Shown here one piece after another: positions 57,292 to 64,000 of a stretch of 64,000 bases of DNA. The translations under genes and the position numbers were made by a program. The DNA is from an uncultured Pelagibacteraceae bacterium (GTDB lineage: Bacteria > Pseudomonadota > Alphaproteobacteria > Pelagibacterales > Pelagibacteraceae). Below the pieces are notes generated by a model, which did not search any database, had not been told where the DNA came from, and saw only the letters and a program-made list of their open reading frames with translations. Each line of letters starts with the position of its first letter. Positions within the stretch are counted from its first letter, which is position 1. Location of the stretch: positions 6,635 through 70,634 of the forward strand of contig CACLLG010000002.1 in assembly GCA_902607735.1 (NCBI GenBank), read 5' to 3'.

Positions 57292-59091
57292 TTAGCCTGG
57301 TTTAAATTTAGACAAATTTAAATCATTTATTAAATTCATACCGTTTGTTAAATATTTCCTTAATCTTTCAAATTCCGATGTATATTCTTGAACTTTTGTA
57401 TCATTATTAATAAATTCTCTTAAAACATTTTCAATAGAATTTAATGAATAAGAATTTGTAAATTTAAAATCTTTTTCAAAAATATCCAAATAATTATCCA
57501 TGAGATTAAGTTCACTTCTTAAATTTAACACAATATTACCATTTAACGCAGCATTGTATGCTGCGCCAGTAGACAAAAAAATTGCAATAGAGCATTCATC
57601 TAAAAGTTTATCAACATCATCGTTAGATACAAAAGTATTTTTTGAAAGTTTTTTTAATTCCACTTGGGTTAATATTTTTGTAATGTTTAAATTTGGATGT
57701 GGCTTTATAATAAAATTATAATTGGTATTTTCTAGCCTGCTGCTTAGTTTTATTACACTATTTATTAATTCAAAAGATGCATCTCTTACATGGGACAAAG
57801 GTATTAAAATATAATTTTTTTTCTTGGTTAATTTTTTTTTCTTAACCAGTAAATTGTTATATCGTAAAGCTGGCCCTTCAATAATTCTTTCATTTGGAAT
57901 GCCTTGTTTCTTAAGCATTTTTGTTGAAACGGAACCTAATGATATAACGTAGTCAGGTTTAAACTTACTCGTCCATTCAGAATTAAGACTATGCCAAGCT
58001 GTAAATTCTCTGCTGGACAAAGTATGATGGTATCCAATAATTTTTGTTTTTATTTTTAGTTCTCTTGCAGCTGATATCAAAGCCACTTCAAAGTTCATAT
58101 TTTCATAATGGTCTATGCAGGTTAAAGAATCGCAGTTTTTTGTCCATTTTTTTAGAGCTGGTTGATATATCCAAAATCTTAGGTTGTAATTAAGCTGCTC
58201 TAAATAAAGTCTTTTTTCTCTTAAGATTAAATAACTTATATCTATGCCAGGATATTTAGATTTAGTTTCAAAACATGATTTTACCCTTAATAGATTTTTT
58301 ATGGCAGAAATATAATCTCCAAAATTTATCCAGTCTTCTGGGACAAACGAATTGTCTTTTCTTATTTTTTTTAAGGCTTTTATTTTTCCAGACCAAAAAA
58401 TAAAGGACCAGGTAAGAAAATATAAATCAATTTTTTCTTTTGAAAAATACTCTTTTAAATATGGAAAATATCTTGATTTTAAATTTTTGTTTCCTCTTAA
58501 TGAATCAATCTCTGAGTATTGATGAATCAAACATATATTTCCTTTTGGTAATATTTTTTTTCTCAAAGTAATTTTTGCGGAAATAGCATTAAAAATTAAA
58601 TCGAGAACGCCTATTCCTAAATTTTTTAAAAACTTAAAATAATGTATAAATAAATTTTGTAAAATTTTAAATTTAATTAAATTACTTTTCTTAATCAATA
58701 GATAATCAAAATTTTTTATTATAGCCTGAATTAAAAAAATATCATCACTTACAATTAACAATTCTTCTTCTTTAAAATTGTCTAAAATTTTTTTTAATGA
58801 CTTTATTTGACATATATATAAAAAAAAGTTTGAATTAGCATTATTTCTTCCAGCTAATTCAGTCATCCACCAATGAACACTATCATTAAAATGTGTTCTT
58901 TGTTTTTCTGTCCATTCTAAATAATTTGATAACTCTTGATCAAAACTTTCATGTAAAAATTCATTTATTTTTATTTTTTGTCCAATAATTTTTTTTTCAA
59001 CTAATGATAATTTTTTAAATGAAGAACCTAAAAATATCCATTTTTTAGTCCATATTAATTTTTCATCATAATGTGCTATTTTAATTTTCAT
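57292..59091 (-). CDS. Hypothetical protein, possible GT-B/TagF-like surface-carbohydrate biosynthesis enzyme
   Basis: 599 aa soluble ORF. The C-terminal half has a Rossmann-like pattern (IIGYHHT..., YILIPLS..., IIKPHPN, FLSTGAAYNAALNG) reminiscent of CDP-glycerol transferase or capsule GT-B enzymes. No firm family call. Confidence 0.35.
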   Translation of the reverse strand: MKIKIAHYDEKLIWTKKWIFLGSSFKKLSLVEKKIIGQKIKINEFLHESFDQELSNYLEWTEKQRTHFNDSVHWWMTELAGRNNANSNFFLYICQIKSLKKILDNFKEEELLIVSDDIFLIQAIIKNFDYLLIKKSNLIKFKILQNLFIHYFKFLKNLGIGVLDLIFNAISAKITLRKKILPKGNICLIHQYSEIDSLRGNKNLKSRYFPYLKEYFSKEKIDLYFLTWSFIFWSGKIKALKKIRKDNSFVPEDWINFGDYISAIKNLLRVKSCFETKSKYPGIDISYLILREKRLYLEQLNYNLRFWIYQPALKKWTKNCDSLTCIDHYENMNFEVALISAARELKIKTKIIGYHHTLSSREFTAWHSLNSEWTSKFKPDYVISLGSVSTKMLKKQGIPNERIIEGPALRYNNLLVKKKKLTKKKNYILIPLSHVRDASFELINSVIKLSSRLENTNYNFIIKPHPNLNITKILTQVELKKLSKNTFVSNDDVDKLLDECSIAIFLSTGAAYNAALNGNIVLNLRSELNLMDNYLDIFEKDFKFTNSYSLNSIENVLREFINNDTKVQEYTSEFERLRKYLTNGMNLINDLNLSKFKPG

Positions 59092-59197
59092 TAGAAATTA
59101 TAAAACTTTATTAGCTAATAGTGCCATTCAAAATGGCAAAATTCGTTCTTAAAAAAAGTTTAATTATTGTAAAATTTTATTACTTTAAATATTTAGA

Positions 59198-60784
59198 CTA
59201 ATCATGCAAATCAAGCATTGTAGCTTCACTTAAACGATACTTTTGATCAAATTCTTCTCCCAACTTTTTGTGCATAGCATTTCCTTTGGGATTTGATTGT
59301 TCTGCTAATTTAATATCATTCCATCTACTTTCAGGAAATTTCACATAATAACTGAATGTTCTTGCTAAACCTGAAATTTCTTCCTTTGATATTGTGGGCA
59401 TATTCAGCATACTGAATGCTGTATTAGATATTGATGCTATTACATCTTTTTGAATATAGCCCTTTCTAATAGCCAAGTCTCTCAAAGGGGTTCCATGATA
59501 GGGTGCCCAAATAAATGCACCTGTGGCATCAATATTTTTTGGTAATTTTCTCATAAACTTAATCGTATCAAAAATTAAATTTCTGTTTTCGTCTGGCATA
59601 CCAATTATTGCATTTGCACAACTAACATACTTTTTGTCAGCAAGCATTTCGAAAGCCTTAATTTGAACTTCGTCAGACACATTTCTTTTTAAATATTTTT
59701 TTCTATATTCTGTATTCCCATGCTCAACACCTATGCTAGTTCTAAGCATATTCATATCTTCTAAGCCAGCAGCTCTATGTTCATTTATAGTTTCAGCCCT
59801 AGTATTCATCCAAAAAGGAATTTTATAGTCCATATACATTTCTTTAAATTCATCAAAATCTCTATCCGACATTGCTAAAAATGTATCAACAACCATATAG
59901 ATCAAGTCTGGATTATATTTTTTGACCAAAAAGTCTAATTCTTGCTTCATTCTTTTTATTGATTTTTTTCTATGAAAAATTTTTTTTGTTTCATCTTTAT
60001 ATACAACATTGTTAGAGGGAGAATTACAGAAAGTGCATGTATAGGGACATCCCCTTTGTGTTTCAAATCCAACTGCTCTATAAATTTTTCCTTGCATTGG
60101 TCTATAAATACTACCAGGTTCAAACAAATCCCAATTTGGAATTGGAACAGTATCAATATCTACTGCTGGTCTAAGGCTATTTCTATAAACCGTACCTTCA
60201 TTTTTAACGAAAAAATTTAAAATGTTATCTATTCTATCTTCTGTAACTAATTTCTTACAAAATTCTTGAATTGCTGCTTCTCCTTCTCCTCTACAAACAT
60301 AATCTACTAATTCATTTTTAATACATATTTCGGCAGCATATGTAGCGAACACTCCTCCAAATAAAGTCTTATAATTTCTATCCTTTTTTTCAACTGAGTT
60401 CAGAAGTTCTAATGCCAAATAATAAGTGCTTTCTAAGACTGAGCATATTATTAAATCTGGTTTAAATTCTTTGACTTTTTTTACAAAATCTTCTTTTATG
60501 CCAATTTTTGGTTTGGCTCCCTTTTTTTCCCACTCAGAATTATCATGTTTTCGAACTTGCTTATTTTCTATTTTTTCATCAGTTGTATTTTTGCCCAGAT
60601 TAATTGCATTAATATCTTGATAAAAGGTACAATCGAAAAGATCTAACGCATATCCTTCTTCCTTTAAAAGAGAAGTGAATATACCGATGGACTGTGGCAT
60701 TAAAGCGCTCATGTGAAGATTAGGATAAAATAATAAAATCCTAAAATCTTTTGGGCGTCTTGATGAAAAAGGTGATTTCAACAT
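59198..60784 (-). CDS. B12-binding-domain radical SAM protein (class B), paralog 1
   Basis: 528 aa. PDLIICSVLEST...LFGGVFATYAAE...CRGEGE (B12-binding-domain pattern), then GCPYTCTFCNSP. Confidence 0.8.
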   Translation of the reverse strand: MLKSPFSSRRPKDFRILLFYPNLHMSALMPQSIGIFTSLLKEEGYALDLFDCTFYQDINAINLGKNTTDEKIENKQVRKHDNSEWEKKGAKPKIGIKEDFVKKVKEFKPDLIICSVLESTYYLALELLNSVEKKDRNYKTLFGGVFATYAAEICIKNELVDYVCRGEGEAAIQEFCKKLVTEDRIDNILNFFVKNEGTVYRNSLRPAVDIDTVPIPNWDLFEPGSIYRPMQGKIYRAVGFETQRGCPYTCTFCNSPSNNVVYKDETKKIFHRKKSIKRMKQELDFLVKKYNPDLIYMVVDTFLAMSDRDFDEFKEMYMDYKIPFWMNTRAETINEHRAAGLEDMNMLRTSIGVEHGNTEYRKKYLKRNVSDEVQIKAFEMLADKKYVSCANAIIGMPDENRNLIFDTIKFMRKLPKNIDATGAFIWAPYHGTPLRDLAIRKGYIQKDVIASISNTAFSMLNMPTISKEEISGLARTFSYYVKFPESRWNDIKLAEQSNPKGNAMHKKLGEEFDQKYRLSEATMLDLHD

Positions 60785-62407
60785 TTATCTCATCTCATCT
60801 CTATGCGCAGGATTGTTTTCAACCAGGGTATTGTTTGGATCCTCTATATTCTGAAAATCTTCTACGCCTCCATGAGGATCGGCGTCGGGTTTTGGCATGT
60901 ATTTTTCTAGAAATTCTACCTTCAAATTTTTATAAATTTTATTTCCTTCATCTGTATTTTTTTCAGCTTTTTTAATTTCAGGCCATCTACTTTTTGGGAA
61001 TTTTACATATAGAGCAAAACATTTTTTTATTTCTTCTATCTCGTGGGGTGGATACTGTGGCATGTTTAGTTGAGCTTCGCTAGTTACACACTTAGTTATT
61101 TTTTGTGAATCTATAAGACCCTGCTCTTCGCACATTTTTCTTAAAGGTGTTCCGTGAAAGGGAACAAAAGCATATATATTAGAATTATCGGAATCTATCT
61201 GTCTATTTATCTCAATCGTATCAAATGCAAGTTTTTTTGTTTCTGTTGGAAAGCCTGTAATATTATTTACACTAAATGCAATTCCATATTTTTTTGGTAT
61301 TTTAAGTTTTGCGATTATATCTTTGTTTTTCCATCTTCTATCTAGTATTTTCTTTCTAAACTCTTCGTTACCATGCTCCACTCCAAAAGAAACTCTATGA
61401 AGACCTACAGATTTTAACTTTTTCATATTATAGTCTGTAATTGTTTCTGGTCTAGTTTGTATCCAAAAAGGAAGTTTTATATCACTATACATTTCACAAA
61501 ATTGATCAAATTCATTACCATTCATGGCTAAAAAAGTATCAGCCCAAAAATAATTATATTCTACTTTATGAACTTCCTTAAAATGTTTTAGTTCTTTATA
61601 AACAAGATCCATTCTTTTTTTTCTATAAAAATTTTTTCCTAAACCTTTATATAATCTCATCTGATCTGGGGAGTTACAAAAAGTACACGTAAATGGACAT
61701 CCTCGAATTGTTTCAACTGGAAACATTTTATAAACTCTTCCAGCCATTGGTCTATAAAGGCGATTTTCTTCAAATAAGGCTGTGTCAATAATAGGATTTT
61801 CATTAATATCAACAGGATCAGAAATACTATTCTTTTCAATAATTTCATTATTATTTTTTATCCAAACATTTGTTATTTTTGAAAAATCATTTTTACTCTC
61901 GATTTTTTTGCATAGATCAATTAAAGCATTTTCGCCCTCCCCCACGCATACCATATCGATCAAGTCATGCTTGATGCATATTTCTGGAGCAAAAGTAGGG
62001 AAAACGCCTCCTGCAATAACAGGAATCTTGTTTGCAATTTTATATTCTTTTATTTCCTCTAAAATTCTAATGCCTAGTTCCCACATATCTTCCGTGGCTG
62101 ATAGAGCTATCAGATCTGGTTTATATTCTTTAACTTGTGTTTTTACATCCTTTCGCCAATCGGTGTTCTTGACCTCAAGTTTTTTCTTTTTCATCTGTTT
62201 TGTAAACGGAACTACATTTAATCTTTCTTCCTTAGATCCATCAGAATCAATTGCATGATCTGTTTTATAATAAGTAGTATCAAAAACACGAACTTCGTGA
62301 TTATGTTGTTTTAAAATAGCAGAAAACAGAGCTATAGCTGGTGGCAGCATATTCATGCCGAACGAATTTGGATATATAAATAAAACTTTTATTCCCATAA
62401 AATACAA
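60785..62407 (-). CDS. B12-binding-domain radical SAM protein (class B), paralog 2
   Basis: 540 aa. PDLIALSATEDM...IAGGVFPTFAPE...CVGEGE, then GCPFTCTFCNSP. Colinear with paralog 1 along its whole length. The stop abuts the paralog 1 start. Confidence 0.8.
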   Translation of the reverse strand: MYFMGIKVLFIYPNSFGMNMLPPAIALFSAILKQHNHEVRVFDTTYYKTDHAIDSDGSKEERLNVVPFTKQMKKKKLEVKNTDWRKDVKTQVKEYKPDLIALSATEDMWELGIRILEEIKEYKIANKIPVIAGGVFPTFAPEICIKHDLIDMVCVGEGENALIDLCKKIESKNDFSKITNVWIKNNNEIIEKNSISDPVDINENPIIDTALFEENRLYRPMAGRVYKMFPVETIRGCPFTCTFCNSPDQMRLYKGLGKNFYRKKRMDLVYKELKHFKEVHKVEYNYFWADTFLAMNGNEFDQFCEMYSDIKLPFWIQTRPETITDYNMKKLKSVGLHRVSFGVEHGNEEFRKKILDRRWKNKDIIAKLKIPKKYGIAFSVNNITGFPTETKKLAFDTIEINRQIDSDNSNIYAFVPFHGTPLRKMCEEQGLIDSQKITKCVTSEAQLNMPQYPPHEIEEIKKCFALYVKFPKSRWPEIKKAEKNTDEGNKIYKNLKVEFLEKYMPKPDADPHGGVEDFQNIEDPNNTLVENNPAHRDEMR

Positions 62408-62461
62408 GAATACTACTTATAATTAAATATTAAACCTCTAAATAAAAGCATTAATAAATAG

Positions 62462-63181
62462 TTATTCTCCCCCAGAAATCGAAATGGTTTGACCAGTAAT
62501 ATAAGAATTTTTGTCGGTAGCAAGATTCATTATATAAGATGATATCTCTTTTGGTTCAGCCATTCTATTCATAGGTATAAGTTTAATTCTTTTTTTTAAA
62601 TCTTTGCCTTTTGTTCTTTTGTGAGCTTTCGTATTAGTTATACCTATACGCAAATTATTAATTAGTACATTTTTTTTTGCCCAGTTTTTATATGAACTTG
62701 GAATAAATTCTAAACTATGTTTAGCTAGTGCGTAATTATATGTGTAGGTTCCTCCTCCAAATTTAATACCTACACTTGTGCAATTTAAAATTCTGCCAAA
62801 TTTTTGATTTAACATTTTTTTGACGGCTATTTTTTCTATTAGAATAGGAATGAGAGCATTTGCACTTAAAGATTTCAAAATACTTTTCAAGTTTGTTTCA
62901 TCAAAACTTTTATTATCTAAATAACATATAAGATTAATAATTGAATCATACTTTTTATTAAATTTTTTTAAAATCAATTTTTCAGAGGACAAATTATAAT
63001 TGGCAAAATTAAATTTAACTAATTTCAAATTTTTTGTTTTTTTTTGCAGTATTTTTAATTTTTTAGAATTCTTATTATAGTGAGCTGTAACATTCCATTT
63101 TAAATTTAAAAAACTTTTAATTACTTCTGATCCAATATCAGAACTACCACCTAAAACTAACAAATGTTTTTTTTTAATCAT
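62462..63181 (-). CDS. Short-chain dehydrogenase/reductase (SDR)
   Basis: 239 aa. LVLGGSSDIGSE cofactor motif, YALAK (YxxxK), C-terminal YITGQTISISGG. Confidence 0.75.
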   Translation of the reverse strand: MIKKKHLLVLGGSSDIGSEVIKSFLNLKWNVTAHYNKNSKKLKILQKKTKNLKLVKFNFANYNLSSEKLILKKFNKKYDSIINLICYLDNKSFDETNLKSILKSLSANALIPILIEKIAVKKMLNQKFGRILNCTSVGIKFGGGTYTYNYALAKHSLEFIPSSYKNWAKKNVLINNLRIGITNTKAHKRTKGKDLKKRIKLIPMNRMAEPKEISSYIMNLATDKNSYITGQTISISGGE

Positions 63182-63184
63182 TTT

Positions 63185-64000
63185 TTATTTTACCTCCTGC
63201 CAAGCTCGAGCATGATCACCACCCATGTATGTTCCCGTAACATCGCACTTATCACATGGTGCAAAATTTCTATTTGCTTTAAAAAGATTTTTTCTTGCAA
63301 AACTAAATTTTTTACTCATCCAAATATCAATGAAACTTTCATTTTTCAAATTTCCTACAACTAATTTTTTACCCCAATCGTGTGAACAAACTAATACTTC
63401 TCCTGTGTAGTCCATAAAAAAAGTATAGTGCGGGTAGTAACAAGGTTTTTTCATTGGTTCTTTTAATGACGGAATAACATATTCTGCTTTCTCCATCATT
63501 CCTGCTCTGTTACTTAAGGTAATTCCAAAACTGTCACTTTCCGGTAAATATCTGTGTCTAACTTTAAATTGTTCATCAGTTAAATCACAATCTCGTAAAA
63601 GTTTTTCCATTTCATCAGCTTCTTTTTTTCCATCATAAATACTAACTAACAAAGTAGATAGTCCTGAACTAAATAATTGTTTTGCTCTTTGTGTGTCGAG
63701 CACATCTCCATTTGTTACCATTTCTATTTTTGCCTTCGGTAAATTATTTCTAACTATATTTATAAGATTATAAATATTTTTATCTAACATAGGTTCAACA
63801 AATCCCGAGAACAAAAAAATTCCACTGTAGTCATAGTTAGATAATTCTTTAGAAAGTTTTACAATAAGATCTTCTGATATAAATTCTTTTATATCTGGAA
63901 AATCTGGTGCACTTCTTGGACAAAAACTGCATACTCTATTACAGGTTCCTGATTCGCTTATTTCTATAACTGAAGGTAATGGTATACTTTTTTTAAAAAA
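63185..64000 (-). CDS. Radical SAM protein with SPASM/twitch domain; N-terminus runs off the window
   Basis: The ORF track starts at a TTG (63814), but the frame stays open to position 64000. Upstream it reads ...KKSIPLPSVIEISESGTCNRVCSFCPRSAPDFP..., containing CNRVCSFC (CxxxCxxC). C-terminal Cys cluster: CYYPHYTFFMDYTGEVLVCSHDW...APCDKCDVTG. Confidence 0.8.
   Translation of the reverse strand, partial: FFKKSIPLPSVIEISESGTCNRVCSFCPRSAPDFPDIKEFISEDLIVKLSKELSNYDYSGIFLFSGFVEPMLDKNIYNLINIVRNNLPKAKIEMVTNGDVLDTQRAKQLFSSGLSTLLVSIYDGKKEADEMEKLLRDCDLTDEQFKVRHRYLPESDSFGITLSNRAGMMEKAEYVIPSLKEPMKKPCYYPHYTFFMDYTGEVLVCSHDWGKKLVVGNLKNESFIDIWMSKKFSFARKNLFKANRNFAPCDKCDVTGTYMGGDHARAWQEVK

Noticed and set aside
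59122-59138. Hairpin TGCCAT-TCAAA-ATGGCA between the radical SAM pair and the 599 aa gene as a terminator
   Set aside because: The stem is only 6 bp and there is no downstream U-tract on the transcribed strand. It is mentioned only as a possible operon boundary.

Overview
Very AT-rich, tightly packed chromosome segment with many 0-4 nt gaps and overlapping stop/start codons. By inference it fits a streamlined marine alphaproteobacterium of the SAR11/Pelagibacterales type, based on composition, a permuted two-piece tmRNA and an orphan 5S rRNA. No database search was possible. Layout: (a) 1-27.6 kb is core housekeeping, almost all on the minus strand: Liv-type ABC importer, a redox cluster (Trx-like, Grx, MsrB, Prx), DadA-like oxidase, bactofilin-rodA-mrdA-mreDCB, leuA, ilvC/H/I, miaA, degP, hflKC, mrp and thyX. 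(b) 27.6-27.87 kb is a circularly permuted tmRNA (ssrA) that the ORF track hides under a false thyX N-terminal extension. (c) 27.9-29.6 kb holds four small genes bracketed by the ssrA terminal hairpin and a degenerate, structure-preserving copy of it. (d) 29.65-39.0 kb is surface-glycan island 1: GT4, epimerase, NDP-sugar dehydrogenase, an ABC-ATPase gene relic, GT2, radical SAM/SPASM, an SxtI/J/K-like carbamoyltransferase triad and gmd. (e) 39.1-42.6 kb is core (transaldolase, pntAA/AB/B). (f) 42.8-43.06 kb carries a 5S rRNA and tRNA-Val with no 23S within 21 kb. (g) 43.07-64.0 kb is surface-glycan island 2, resembling the SAR11 hypervariable region HVR2. It contains a WecA-like initiator, several GT2s, a GtrB-like/GT-C-like pair, a Wzy/WaaL-like protein, rfbF/rfbG, three B12-binding radical SAM genes, an SDR and a SPASM radical SAM. 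The most notable feature is a cobalamin riboswitch driving a BtuB-like TonB-dependent receptor plus a small membrane protein inside island 2. No CRISPR array, transposase, integrase or recognisable defence system was seen.
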